Shown here piece by piece: positions 38,739 through 48,855 of a DNA stretch of 64,000 bases (its first letter is position 1; each line of letters starts with the position of its first letter). This DNA comes from Saprospiraceae bacterium (GTDB lineage: Bacteria > Bacteroidota > Bacteroidia > Chitinophagales > Saprospiraceae). A program made the translations under genes and the position numbers. Where the stretch lies: NCBI GenBank assembly GCA_016715965.1, contig JADJXG010000001.1:1527252-1591251 (forward strand), written 5' to 3'. The notes beneath the pieces were generated by a model, which worked only from the letters and a program-made list of their open reading frames with translations, searched no databases and was not told the origin of the DNA.

Positions 38739-38893
38739 TTTTAGTGATTAGACGTATGTGTTTCCAAGCATTAACGTACCAACTACGAAAGTGTTCGTAA
38801 TTGAAGAAAAATATTTTGTCAATTTAGGACATAATTGATCGGCTTAAGTTTAAGATGCTCTTCCATTTGGCTGGATCTAATGATAAAAATTAT

Positions 38894-39970
38894 CTATTCA
38901 ATATCACCCTGTCTCAGTTTTTCCATGTTCTCGGCGACCCTCAGGGCCTCAATGATATCATCCAACTGGCCGTTCATAATTTCGCTTAAGTTGTACAATG
39001 TCAGATTGATGCGATGATCAGTCACCCTGTTTTGAGGATAGTTGTAAGTTCGGATTTTGTCCGAGCGATCGCCGGAACCCACCAATGATTTGCGCTGGGC
39101 TGCAATGCTGGACTGGTGGGCCTGAAGGGATTGTTCCTTTATTTTCTGGATCAATCTCCCAAATGCAATTTCACGGTTTTTGTGCTGGGATCTGCTCTCG
39201 GTGCTTTCGGAGACTACCCCGGTGGGTAGATGGGTAAATCTTACCCCTGATTCCGTTTTATTGACATGTTGACCTCCGGCGCCACTTGATCGAAAGGTGT
39301 CAACCCTTAAGTCAGCTTTGTTGATGTCCATATCTTCCAATTCCATTTTTGGGAGGACCACTACAGTGGCTGCACTGGTGTGCACCCTTCCGGAAGCTTC
39401 TGTATCCGGTACCCTTTGGACCCTGTGAGCACCAGATTCGAATTTGAGTTTGGCATATACATCGACTCCCGATACATCAAGGACAATCTTACTGTATCCT
39501 CCAACTGTACCTTCTGTTTCTGAAAGCACTTCCCATTTAAATCCCTGCAAATCAAAAAAACGGGTGTACATTCTCAATAGATCCCCTGCAAAAAGGCTTG
39601 CCTCGTTACCACCCGTACCGGAGCGGATTTCAAAAATGACGTCCTTGCTGTCTTCAGGATCTTTGGGTACCAATTTAATTTTAAGGTCTGCTTCCAACCT
39701 TTTCAATTCTGAATCAGCAAGCTCAAGCTCTTCTCTTGCAAAATCTGCCATTTCTGCATCAGCTCCTTCCAGCATTTCTCTGGCATCTTGCCGGAGTTTT
39801 AAATTTTTAAGGTATTCCAGATACAAACGGACGATTTCTTCGAGATCCTTGTATTCTTTGCTGGTTTTTGAATATTCGCCAATGTTGGATACAACCTCCG
39901 GATCAGAAAGCCGCTCTTCCAAAGTCTTGTACCGTTCGTGGATGGATTCTAATTTTTGAAGCAATTGCAT
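38894..39970 (-). CDS. prfA: peptide chain release factor 1
   Basis: GGQ motif (SSGAGGQHVNKTESGVR) and an RF1-type PxT tripeptide context (RVQRVPDTEASGRVHTSA). 358 aa. Confidence 0.9.
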   Translation of the reverse strand: MQLLQKLESIHERYKTLEERLSDPEVVSNIGEYSKTSKEYKDLEEIVRLYLEYLKNLKLRQDAREMLEGADAEMADFAREELELADSELKRLEADLKIKLVPKDPEDSKDVIFEIRSGTGGNEASLFAGDLLRMYTRFFDLQGFKWEVLSETEGTVGGYSKIVLDVSGVDVYAKLKFESGAHRVQRVPDTEASGRVHTSAATVVVLPKMELEDMDINKADLRVDTFRSSGAGGQHVNKTESGVRFTHLPTGVVSESTESRSQHKNREIAFGRLIQKIKEQSLQAHQSSIAAQRKSLVGSGDRSDKIRTYNYPQNRVTDHRINLTLYNLSEIMNGQLDDIIEALRVAENMEKLRQGDIE

Positions 39971-39991
39971 ACATTATTGGCTAACAGGGGG

Positions 39992-39999
39992 CAAAAATA
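39992..39999 (-). promoter_or_regulatory. -7 box TATTTTTG upstream of prfA
   Basis: The plus strand reads caaaaata, 22 nt upstream of ATG 39970. A second match (caaagtta) lies at 40007-40014. Confidence 0.4.
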
Positions 40000-40075
40000 G
40001 CTTTTGCAAAGTTATTGCGATTATATTTTATTTGCAGTGATATCAATGATTTCAATGATCTTTGATCTTTCCAAT

Positions 40076-41314
40076 ATGAATTATTTTGAGATCATAAAAT
40101 TAGCATTTTCCAACCTCAAAGCCAATTTGATGAGGACGATTCTCACCATGGTAATTATTGCACTTGGCATCACTGCCTTGGTTGGAATTCTAACTTCGAT
40201 TGACGGAATTTTGTATGCCATGAATAAAAATTTTAGTTCGTTGGGTGCAAATTCCTTTTCCATCGAAAAGAAAGACAAAGGCTTTAAGATGCGCCAAAGG
40301 GGAATGAAAAAACTGGAAGCTCCGGTGATTAGTTATGAACAGTCGAAGAGATTTAAAAAAGCGTTTTCTGAGAAAGCCATGGTATCCATCAGTTATGCTG
40401 CGGGAAGCAGCGCATTGATTAAATACCTTGAAAACAAAACAAACCCGACCATTCAAATAAGGGGAGTGGATGATAACTATGCCACCATCAACGGACTCGA
40501 ATTGACAGAGGGCCGTTTTTTTTCGGCATCAGAGCAAGAGTATGGTTTGAGAAAAGCAGTATTGGGATCCGATTTGGTAAAAACTCTTTTTGATGGAAAG
40601 GAATCAAATGCTTTATCAAAAATCATTGCCATCAATGACCAGAAATATGAAGTAGTTGGTGTACTTAAGTCAAAAGGAGCCAGTATGAATGAGGGCGCAG
40701 ATAAGCGAATTTTGATACCATTGGAGCGAAGCAGAATTGACTTTGCAAAAGCAAATCCGGATTTTGATTTATTGGTCTTATCACCTGCTTCAGAATTGAC
40801 TGAAAGTTTGATTTCTGAGGCGATTGGCGAAATGAGAATTATTCGGGGACTTAAGAGTTATGAAGAAAATAATTTTGAAATAAATACCAGTGACGGATTG
40901 ATCAGCTTTCTCAAAGAGAACACCACCAAAATAAGAGCTGCTACAATCGTAATTGCCTTGCTAACACTATTGGGTGCGGCCATTGGATTGATGAACATTA
41001 TGCTCGTTTCAGTCACAGAACGTACGCGTGAAATCGGAATTGCGAAGGCCTTGGGCGCAACGCGAAAAAATATTTTGAATTTATTTATGACGGAAGCCAT
41101 TCTCATTTGTCAAATTGGAGGCATCGCCGGAATTTTAATAGGAATACCCATCGGTAATTTTGTCACCCTGTTGATGGGTGGAGATTTTTTGATTCCATGG
41201 GCATGGATTCTATTGGGATTTGTTGTTTGTACTTTTGTAGGATTATTTTCCGGACTCTACCCGGCACAAAAAGCTTCCAAACTTGATCCGGTTGAATCTT
41301 TGAGGTTTGAATAA
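40076..41314 (+). CDS. ABC transporter permease, MacB/FtsX family
   Basis: N-terminal TM helix after IKLAFSNLKANLMRT, a periplasmic domain of about 230 aa, and a C-terminal FtsX module (TERTREIGIAKALGATR). No adjacent ATPase gene. Confidence 0.8.
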   Translation: MNYFEIIKLAFSNLKANLMRTILTMVIIALGITALVGILTSIDGILYAMNKNFSSLGANSFSIEKKDKGFKMRQRGMKKLEAPVISYEQSKRFKKAFSEKAMVSISYAAGSSALIKYLENKTNPTIQIRGVDDNYATINGLELTEGRFFSASEQEYGLRKAVLGSDLVKTLFDGKESNALSKIIAINDQKYEVVGVLKSKGASMNEGADKRILIPLERSRIDFAKANPDFDLLVLSPASELTESLISEAIGEMRIIRGLKSYEENNFEINTSDGLISFLKENTTKIRAATIVIALLTLLGAAIGLMNIMLVSVTERTREIGIAKALGATRKNILNLFMTEAILICQIGGIAGILIGIPIGNFVTLLMGGDFLIPWAWILLGFVVCTFVGLFSGLYPAQKASKLDPVESLRFE

Positions 41315-41316
41315 AC

Positions 41317-42549
41317 CTATGTTTTAATCAGGCGAACTGTTTCGATACGGGTGTCGGAGACCAGTTCAAAAATAAAAGTATATCCATCCTGACTTATTTC
41401 CATCCCTTGTTCTGGAATGGCACCCGAGGTCATCACCAAATACCCTGACAAGGTGTGGTATTCTCCCTCCGGCAAATGTAAATGATAGGTATTGTTGAGA
41501 TAATTGATTTCCAATCTGCCTGAAAATACAAACTCAGATTCTGAAATTATTTTTTCTATAAATTCTTCCTTATCATGTTCATCTTCAATTTCTCCAAATA
41601 TTTGCTCAAGGATATCTTCGAGGGTTATGATTCCTGAAGTCCCTCCATATTCGTCCACCACACAGGCGATGGAAAGGCGGAGTTTGTTCATGCGAAGCAT
41701 CAGATCATAGACATTGAGTGTCTCGGGTACAAATGGCATTTCCATGATCATCTCTTTCAGGCTGTCTGATGGCTTGAACAACTGCTGATGGTGTACATAC
41801 CCCAATACATTGTCTATGTCACCATCCGTCACCAAAATTCTGGAAAGCTTTGATTCTGAAAAAAGTTGTATTAGTTCTTGAATGTTTTGGCTTACATCAA
41901 GGTGTACGATTTCATTTCTAGGTACCATACAATTTTTCACCCTAACCTGTTTCAGGTTGAGGGTATTTTTGAAAATGTCAGTATCGATTTCTTCATCGGT
42001 AAGTTTCATAGAACCTTCCATGTAATGTTCCAGATCAAGAATTGAAAAGCGGTATCTGGTGGGAGCAATGGTGGCTTTTGAAAATTTCCGGATCAGGAAA
42101 TTGGAAGCTGAAGTCATAACCAGTGAAGGAATGTAAAGAATCTTGGACAAAAAGCTGAGCGGAAGCGCTGTATATTGGATTAATTCGTTGGCAAACAATC
42201 TAAAAAGTACCTTGGGGAGAAACTCTCCAAAGATTAAAATGATGGTCGTGACCAGAAGGGTATTGGCAATAACCTGCATTCCGGTACTCCATTGTGAGAG
42301 TTCAAGAAAGGGGGTAAGCAGGGTGGTTAAGAGATAGGTTAAACAGACAAGAGCGATGTTGTTTCCCAACAAAATGACCGAAATAAATTTTTCAGGCTTA
42401 TCATAAAATTCAGAAATTATATTGCTGCTGCGATCTCCTTTGTTTTTCTTTACCTCAATACTGAGCTTGTTGGCTGTAAAAAAAGCAATTTCAGCACCGG
42501 AGAAAAAGGCACTGAGAACAAGAAAGAGAATAATCCAAAAAACAAGCAT
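41317..42549 (-). CDS. CNNM/HlyC-CorC family membrane protein (DUF21 + CBS pair + CorC_HlyC), GldE-like
   Basis: N-terminal 4-TM DUF21 region (SAFFSGAEIAFF), a CBS pair, and a C-terminal transporter-associated domain (GYTFIFELVSDTRIETVRL). Confidence 0.8.
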   Translation of the reverse strand: MLVFWIILFLVLSAFFSGAEIAFFTANKLSIEVKKNKGDRSSNIISEFYDKPEKFISVILLGNNIALVCLTYLLTTLLTPFLELSQWSTGMQVIANTLLVTTIILIFGEFLPKVLFRLFANELIQYTALPLSFLSKILYIPSLVMTSASNFLIRKFSKATIAPTRYRFSILDLEHYMEGSMKLTDEEIDTDIFKNTLNLKQVRVKNCMVPRNEIVHLDVSQNIQELIQLFSESKLSRILVTDGDIDNVLGYVHHQQLFKPSDSLKEMIMEMPFVPETLNVYDLMLRMNKLRLSIACVVDEYGGTSGIITLEDILEQIFGEIEDEHDKEEFIEKIISESEFVFSGRLEINYLNNTYHLHLPEGEYHTLSGYLVMTSGAIPEQGMEISQDGYTFIFELVSDTRIETVRLIKT

Positions 42550-42566
42550 CTGTTTGATTGTTGATG

Positions 42567-42574
42567 CAAAGATA
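42567..42574 (-). promoter_or_regulatory. -7 box TATCTTTG
   Basis: The plus strand reads caaagata. It lies 18 nt upstream of ATG 42549. Confidence 0.4.
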
Positions 42575-42725
42575 TTTTATTTGAGGGATTTCGTTTTGTT
42601 GTCTTGAAATGGACCAAGAGCGATTGAAAATGACTAACTTTACGTCTCTTTATAAAAAAATGTAAATTTTTAAAATATATAAAGAGAAAACAGATATATA
42701 AAATACATATAGTCAAGGATATATA

Positions 42726-43757
42726 ATGGGATTGTTCAATTTTTTTATGCAGGAGTTGGCCGTGGATTTAGGTACAGCCAATACACTGATCATGCAGGAT
42801 GGCAAAGTAGTGGTGGATGAACCCTCGATTGTTGCAATTGATAAAAAAACCGGTGAGACCATCGCGGTTGGGAATAAAGCCATGCAAATGCATGAAAAAA
42901 CCCATCGAAACATAGAGACGGTTCGACCTTTAAAAGACGGCGTGATTGCAGATTTTCAGGCGGCTGAGAACATGATTCAGGGAATGATTCAAATGATTGG
43001 CAGCAAGCGCAAGTTTTTTACCCATCTGAGAATGGTCATCTGTATCCCTTCGGGTATTACAGAAGTGGAGAAAAGAGCAGTTTTTGATTCTGCCGATCAC
43101 GTAGATTCCAAGGAGACTTATTTGATTCATGAACCAATGGCCGCGGCCCTTGGAATTGGTCTCGATGTTGAAGAACCTGTTGGCAATATGATCATTGACA
43201 TTGGTGGAGGAACCACCGAAATTGCGGTCATCGCTTTGTCTGGGATCGTCTGTGATCAATCCATCCGGGTGGCAGGTGATGAATTTACAGAGGACATCAT
43301 CGATTATATGAGGCGCGAACACAATCTCCTGATAGGAGAAAGAACCGCAGAAAAAATAAAAATTAATGTTGGATCAGCAATTCAAAACTTAGAGAATCCA
43401 CCTGAACCTTACGCTGTGAATGGAAGAGATCTCATGACGGGTATTCCCAGACAGATTATGATTCGTTATGAGGAGACTGTTGGCGCGCTCGATAAATCCA
43501 TCATGAAAATTGAAGAGGCCATTCTCAAGGCATTGGAAATGACGCCACCTGAATTGGCTTCTGATATTTACAGAACGGGTTTGTACTTAACAGGTGGAGG
43601 TGCTCTTCTAAAAGGACTGGACAAACGATTGAGCATGAAAACACATTTGCCCGTAATTGTTGCAGATGATCCGTTGAGGGCAGTGGTAAGAGGTACAGGG
43701 ATTGCACTCAACAATACGGATAGATTTTCTTTTCTGATTGATCGTAAAAGTTTGTAA
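42726..43757 (+). CDS. mreB: rod-shape-determining protein MreB
   Basis: Actin-like ASKHA motifs (AVDLGTANTLI, IIDIGGGTTEIAV, LTGGGALLKGLD). 343 aa. Confidence 0.95.
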   Translation: MGLFNFFMQELAVDLGTANTLIMQDGKVVVDEPSIVAIDKKTGETIAVGNKAMQMHEKTHRNIETVRPLKDGVIADFQAAENMIQGMIQMIGSKRKFFTHLRMVICIPSGITEVEKRAVFDSADHVDSKETYLIHEPMAAALGIGLDVEEPVGNMIIDIGGGTTEIAVIALSGIVCDQSIRVAGDEFTEDIIDYMRREHNLLIGERTAEKIKINVGSAIQNLENPPEPYAVNGRDLMTGIPRQIMIRYEETVGALDKSIMKIEEAILKALEMTPPELASDIYRTGLYLTGGGALLKGLDKRLSMKTHLPVIVADDPLRAVVRGTGIALNNTDRFSFLIDRKSL

Positions 43758-43819
43758 TCGTTTAGATTGTCAGGATCATCCAATCCATTTGACCAAAACA
43801 CGCTTAGTCAATAGATGTT

Positions 43820-44668
43820 ATGTTGGAAGCTTTTAAAACGGTAGTTAGGAACGGCTCCTTCATTTTGTTTTTAATATTGCAGCTTTTGTGTTTTTTCTGG
43901 GTCGTCAAATACAACCAAAAACAATCTCAGATTTTTTTTTATTCTTTACAAGTGGCAGCCCAAGCCACAAATGCCAGGGTAAAGGACATTGTTTCCTATT
44001 TTTCACTTAAGGATAAAATGAAAGAGCTCAAAGAGGAAAACGCCAATCTTTTGAAAGACCTAAAAAATATTCAGGAATTTTTAAAAAAAGATAGTTTGGC
44101 GCAGCATTTTAAAGACAGTTCTGTTTTGAAGCAAAATAATCATTTTAATATTATTTCTGCTGCCGTAGTGAATAATTCTATTTCTCGAAAAAACAATTAC
44201 CTGACCATTGATAAAGGAAGTTTGGATGGTGTAAATCCTGGAATGGGCGTGATATCATCAAAAGGAGTGGCAGGCATTGTGATGGACACGGGTATTCATT
44301 ATTCGATCGTTATGTCGCTTTTGCATTCTAATTCAAGGTTGAGTGCCAAGCTCAAGAGAAGTGGTTTTTTTGGGACCTTGGTATGGAGAGATTTTGATCC
44401 ACGTTATGTCTATCTGGAAGAGATCCAAAAATATGCCGATGTTCAGGTAGGTGATACTGTTGTGACCAGCGGTCATTCTATCATTTTTCCGGAAGGCATC
44501 CCGATTGGTGATGTTATTTTATTTGGAGTAGAACCAGGTGCCTTTACCTACACCATGAAAGTTCGTTTGTTTCAATCATTTTCATCCCTTAAATCGGTCT
44601 ATCTGATCGATCACAAATACAATAAAGAAAAGCAGTCTCTTGAAAAAAGAAGAATAGAAGATGAATAA
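43820..44668 (+). CDS. mreC: rod-shape-determining protein MreC
   Basis: N-terminal TM helix, coiled coil (KELKEENANLLKDL), and beta-rich domains with GMGVISSKGVAGIV and VVTSGHSIIFPEGIPIG. Located after mreB. Confidence 0.85.
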   Translation: MLEAFKTVVRNGSFILFLILQLLCFFWVVKYNQKQSQIFFYSLQVAAQATNARVKDIVSYFSLKDKMKELKEENANLLKDLKNIQEFLKKDSLAQHFKDSSVLKQNNHFNIISAAVVNNSISRKNNYLTIDKGSLDGVNPGMGVISSKGVAGIVMDTGIHYSIVMSLLHSNSRLSAKLKRSGFFGTLVWRDFDPRYVYLEEIQKYADVQVGDTVVTSGHSIIFPEGIPIGDVILFGVEPGAFTYTMKVRLFQSFSSLKSVYLIDHKYNKEKQSLEKRRIEDE

Positions 44669-45182
44669 AGAGATAAGAGCCAATGTGATCAGAATAGTGC
44701 TGTTTGTTTTGTTGCAGGTGCTATTGTTAAAGGACATACAAATCATGACTGGTTCTGTACAATACCTTTATTTGATGGTATATCCCTTATCCATCATCAT
44801 GCTACCACTTGCGATGCCTCAATTCTTTTTATTGCTTACCGCATTTGGACTTGGCTTCTTTGTTGATCTTTTTTATCAGTCGGTTGGGGTGCATGCATCT
44901 GCCTGTCTTTGGTTGGCGGCGGCAAGACCTTTCATTCTGAGATACCTGGAACCAAAATCTGGATACTCCACGGGATTAATATTGAGTGGAGGAAGTCTTG
45001 GTATTTTTTGGTTCTTGCAATACATTTCCATCTGCCTTCTTGTCTTTTTCTTTTCTTATTTTTGTATGGAGATGTTTTCATTTGTGTATCTGGGTACGAT
45101 TCTGATCAAAACAATCGTGAGTTTGTTTGTATCTGGAATGATTATTTTTTTGATACAAATTATCTGGAATCCTAAATACTAA
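44661..45182 (+). CDS. mreD: rod-shape-determining protein MreD (by position and topology)
   Basis: 173-aa polytopic membrane protein. Overlaps mreC by 8 nt and precedes mrdA. Confidence 0.65.
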   Translation: MNKEIRANVIRIVLFVLLQVLLLKDIQIMTGSVQYLYLMVYPLSIIMLPLAMPQFFLLLTAFGLGFFVDLFYQSVGVHASACLWLAAARPFILRYLEPKSGYSTGLILSGGSLGIFWFLQYISICLLVFFFSYFCMEMFSFVYLGTILIKTIVSLFVSGMIIFLIQIIWNPKY

Positions 45183-45183
45183 A

Positions 45184-47034
45184 TTGGTGATTGGAGAAGA
45201 TAAAAAATGGAGGATTCTGGTAGCTCAATTTAGTATTCTGCTGGCATTTATTGTATGCGGAGTTACATTGGCAAAATTACAGCTACTCGACCCCTATTAT
45301 TCCAACAAGGCAAATGCCACCACCCTCACTCAGAAAACCATCTATCCGGCAAGAGGATTATTTTATGACCGATATGGAAAATTATTGGTGATCAATTATC
45401 CTGCTTATGATATTATGGTAACCCATAGGGATGTTCCTCCAAATTTTGATACTACCTCGTTCTGCCAATTGCTGGGTATTTCTACGGAAGATTTCATTCA
45501 GGGACTAGATAAAGATTGGAAGTCCGGTAAGTATAGCAAATCAGTTCCATTTGTATTCCTCAAAAATGTGGAAAGTCGTGTTTATCAAAAATTTCAGGAG
45601 AATCTTTATCGCTTCCCCGGATTTACGGGTGTATTAAGGGCTATTAGAGAATATACAGAACCCAATGGGGCCCATTATTTGGGTTACATGGGTGAAGTAA
45701 GCAGACAGATACTAAATGAAGAGGGGACAGATTACAGACCGGGAGATTATCTGGGGGTGACTGGTTTGGAAAAACAGTATGAAGCATTTTTAAAAGGCAC
45801 AAAGGGTGTCAATTTTGTGATCCGGGATAAATTAGGAAGAGAAGTGGGTTCTTTTGAAAATGGTCGGTTGGACAGGAAGGCCGTTTCCGGAAGCGATCTC
45901 ATTTTAAGCATAGATCTTGAGTTGCAAAAATATGGCGAGAAACTGATGCAGGACAAATTGGGTAGTATTGTCGCGATAGAACCATCCACAGGAGAAATCC
46001 TTTGTCTCGTGTCTTCACCAAACTATGATCCTAATTTACTTAATTTTAATAAATACCGGGGCAGGAATTACGCTTATTTATTATCAGACACTCTCAAACC
46101 CTTGTTTGACAGGTCCGCCTCTGCAGTTTATCCTCCAGGCTCCATCTTCAAACCCATTTTGGCTTTGGCGGCAATGCAGGAGAAAGTTTTAAATGAAAAT
46201 AGCTATCATGCTTGTAGTGGTGCATATTACTATAAAACGGTGTCCTACGGTTGTCACCGGCATCCTGCACCAAGAAATCTAAGTATTGCATTGCAGCATT
46301 CCTGTAATTCTTATTTTATTCAGACTTTTAGAGATCTGATAGAAATTAATGGATTTTCCAAACCCAATGAAGGACTGGATTTATTGGTGAAATATTTGGG
46401 ATACTTTGGTTTGGGAAAACCCTTGTTGTCAGATGTGACCACTGAAAACGGAGGCTTTATTCCAACATCTGATTTTTATTCCAGAATGTACAAAACAGAC
46501 CGTTGGAGATCCACCTACATTATTTCTGTGGGAATTGGTCAGGGGGAGTTGCAATTGTCCACCATGCAGATGGCTAATCTCGCAGTTATCTTGGCCAATA
46601 GAGGATTTTATTTCACCCCTCACTTAATTAAAGGATTTAAAGATTCTGATCATCAGATACCGATTGAATTCAGAACAGAGAAAAGGGTACCGATTGATCG
46701 AAAATATTTCAAGCCTGTAGTGGAGGGAATGGAGATGTGCGTGCGGGCTGGCACAGCCACTAAAGCGTTTGAAAAAAATCTTTCGATTTGTGGTAAGACA
46801 GGCACTTCCCAAAATCCACATGGTGATGACCATAGCGTATTCTTTGCATTTTCTCCGAAAGATCATCCAAAAATTGCCATTGCTGTCTATGTGGAAAACG
46901 CAGGTTGGGGTGGCGAGGTGGCTGCACCTATTGCCTCTTTGATGATTGAAAAATACCTGACTGATAGCATCGCCAGGAAAGATCTTGAAGAAAAAATGAT
47001 TAAAAAGGATTTAATTCACAAGAATAAAACATGA
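45184..47034 (+). CDS. mrdA: penicillin-binding protein 2 (elongasome transpeptidase)
   Basis: N-terminal TM helix, PBP dimerisation region, SxxK (GSIFKP), SxN (HSCNSY) and KTG (GKTGTSQ). Non-ATG start (TTG 45184 or GTG 45187). Confidence 0.9.
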   Translation: MVIGEDKKWRILVAQFSILLAFIVCGVTLAKLQLLDPYYSNKANATTLTQKTIYPARGLFYDRYGKLLVINYPAYDIMVTHRDVPPNFDTTSFCQLLGISTEDFIQGLDKDWKSGKYSKSVPFVFLKNVESRVYQKFQENLYRFPGFTGVLRAIREYTEPNGAHYLGYMGEVSRQILNEEGTDYRPGDYLGVTGLEKQYEAFLKGTKGVNFVIRDKLGREVGSFENGRLDRKAVSGSDLILSIDLELQKYGEKLMQDKLGSIVAIEPSTGEILCLVSSPNYDPNLLNFNKYRGRNYAYLLSDTLKPLFDRSASAVYPPGSIFKPILALAAMQEKVLNENSYHACSGAYYYKTVSYGCHRHPAPRNLSIALQHSCNSYFIQTFRDLIEINGFSKPNEGLDLLVKYLGYFGLGKPLLSDVTTENGGFIPTSDFYSRMYKTDRWRSTYIISVGIGQGELQLSTMQMANLAVILANRGFYFTPHLIKGFKDSDHQIPIEFRTEKRVPIDRKYFKPVVEGMEMCVRAGTATKAFEKNLSICGKTGTSQNPHGDDHSVFFAFSPKDHPKIAIAVYVENAGWGGEVAAPIASLMIEKYLTDSIARKDLEEKMIKKDLIHKNKT

Positions 47035-47531
47035 TCATCTCAGCCATCGTAGCAATGAACAAAGATCGCATCATTGGTCTCAATGGTCAAATACCCTGGT
47101 ATCTTCCGGCAGATTTAAAATATTTTAAAAAAATGACTTTGGGACAGCACGTGCTGATGGGCAGAATTTGCTATGAAAGCATTGGCAAACCATTGCCGAA
47201 AAGAGCCAATATAATTATCAGCTCCAATCCATACTTTGTTGTTTCCGGATGTTATACCTGTCATTCGATTGAAGAAGGAATTACTTTGGCATTGGAACAG
47301 GGAGCCACTGAATTGTTTATCATCGGAGGTGGAGTCATCTATCAGCATACAGCCCATCTTTGGAACAGAATCTATCTGACGCTTGTAGATTATCAGGGAG
47401 AAGGAGATGTTTTTTTTCCGCAGATTGACTGGAAAGAATACAAATTGGTTTCTGAGCAAATGGGTGCAATAGATTCTAAAAATTCACTGGGCCATTCTTT
47501 TCAGCAGTTTGACCGAATTCGGTATGAATGA
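47031..47531 (+). CDS. folA: dihydrofolate reductase
   Basis: IIGLNGQIPWYLPADLKYFKKMTLGQHVLMGRICYESIG matches the DHFR signature. 166 aa. Overlaps mrdA by 4 nt. Confidence 0.9.
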   Translation: MIISAIVAMNKDRIIGLNGQIPWYLPADLKYFKKMTLGQHVLMGRICYESIGKPLPKRANIIISSNPYFVVSGCYTCHSIEEGITLALEQGATELFIIGGGVIYQHTAHLWNRIYLTLVDYQGEGDVFFPQIDWKEYKLVSEQMGAIDSKNSLGHSFQQFDRIRYE

Positions 47532-48798
47532 GGCATTGATCAGTTTTATTTGGACGAGTAAGAAACTACTGGCTAAGTCATTGTTCTCGACCTCAGGAAA
47601 AAAATTGAGAATCATTCACCCCGGAACAAAAAACCACAATCAAGGTCCTGATTTCTTGTTTGCCAAAATAGAAGTGGACCATATTTTATGGGTTGGACAA
47701 ATTGAGATTCATGTTAAAAGCTCTGATTGGTTTAAGCACAATCACCAGGGAGATGCAAATTATCAAAACTTGATTTTACACGTTGTCTGGGAAAACGATC
47801 TATTGCAGGAAGACGCAATGGAAAAGTTTCCAGTATTAGAACTGAAATCTGTAATTTCTGCACAGGATTTTGAAATTTACAATAATTTGATGAAAGAGCC
47901 CCATCCGATTCCCTGTATCAATCTCATTCATCAAGTTTCTTCCCTGGTTTTGACAGATCAGATTGAGAGAGCCTCCGTTGAAAGACTACAAATAAAATCC
48001 AATCAGATAGACGAGGAATTGAGTGAAAATAAATTTGACTGGGACTCCTTGTTTTATCAGAAAATGTGTTACTATATGGTAAGTCCGGTAAATGTAGATG
48101 CCATGAATCAACTCACAAAGCGGGTCAACTTCAGGCATGTTCTGAAACTTTCAAGTGATGCATTGGCTCTTGAAGCATTGATGTTCGCCGTATCTGGATT
48201 ACTACCTTCACACAGTGACCATGAATGGATTCAACAATTGATATCAAAAGGGCAGTTTTTCATTGACAAATTTAATCTATCAGCCATGCAAGCCCATAAT
48301 TGGTATTTTCTAAGAATGAGACCAGCTCATTTTCCAACAATTCGCATCGCCCAGATTGCTTCTTTCTTTCATCAAACGCCCAGACCATTCGAAGAATGGG
48401 TGGACTGTTCTTCGGTTAAAGAAGCCAAAAAACAATTAAGGGTAAAAGCATCAGATTATTGGGACAGCCATTATCAGTTCTCAGATAGGACACACCCTGC
48501 AAGCAAAAAATGGATTGGGACCTCGACGGCAGATTTGATTCTGATCAATGTGATTTGTCCTATGTTGTTTAAATATGGTCAATATTACAGCAAACCAAAG
48601 TTGATTGAGAAATCTTTGAACTGGTTGGAACAATTGAAGCCGGAAAATAATAAGCCCATAAGAGTCTGGTCACAAACAGGATTTAAGACTACAAACGCCA
48701 GACAGAGTCAGGGTGTTTTACATCAACTCAATGGGTATTGTAATCAGAAAAAATGTCTGGAGTGCAAAATTGGATTTAAATTGATGGAAGGATTTTAA
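47524..48798 (+). CDS. DUF2851-family protein
   Basis: N-terminal MNEALISFIWTSKKL...IIHPGTKNHNQGPDFLFAKIEVD...IEIHVKSSDWFKHNH matches my memory of DUF2851. ATG 47524 overlaps the folA stop (ATGAATGA). Confidence 0.6.
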   Translation: MNEALISFIWTSKKLLAKSLFSTSGKKLRIIHPGTKNHNQGPDFLFAKIEVDHILWVGQIEIHVKSSDWFKHNHQGDANYQNLILHVVWENDLLQEDAMEKFPVLELKSVISAQDFEIYNNLMKEPHPIPCINLIHQVSSLVLTDQIERASVERLQIKSNQIDEELSENKFDWDSLFYQKMCYYMVSPVNVDAMNQLTKRVNFRHVLKLSSDALALEALMFAVSGLLPSHSDHEWIQQLISKGQFFIDKFNLSAMQAHNWYFLRMRPAHFPTIRIAQIASFFHQTPRPFEEWVDCSSVKEAKKQLRVKASDYWDSHYQFSDRTHPASKKWIGTSTADLILINVICPMLFKYGQYYSKPKLIEKSLNWLEQLKPENNKPIRVWSQTGFKTTNARQSQGVLHQLNGYCNQKKCLECKIGFKLMEGF

Positions 48799-48827
48799 TT
48801 ATCATATATAAAAATAATTAATATTAT

Positions 48828-48835
48828 TATCTTTG
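48828..48835 (+). promoter_or_regulatory. -7 box TATCTTTG
   Basis: TAnnTTTG match 20 nt upstream of ATG 48856. Confidence 0.45.
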
Positions 48836-48855
48836 TATTTCTAAAAATCAGATTT

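Noticed and set aside
39444-39959. 171-aa plus-strand ORF antisense to prfA
   Set aside because: The translation is Ser-rich and low-complexity, and the ORF lies fully within a confidently identified RF1 gene. It is a shadow ORF.
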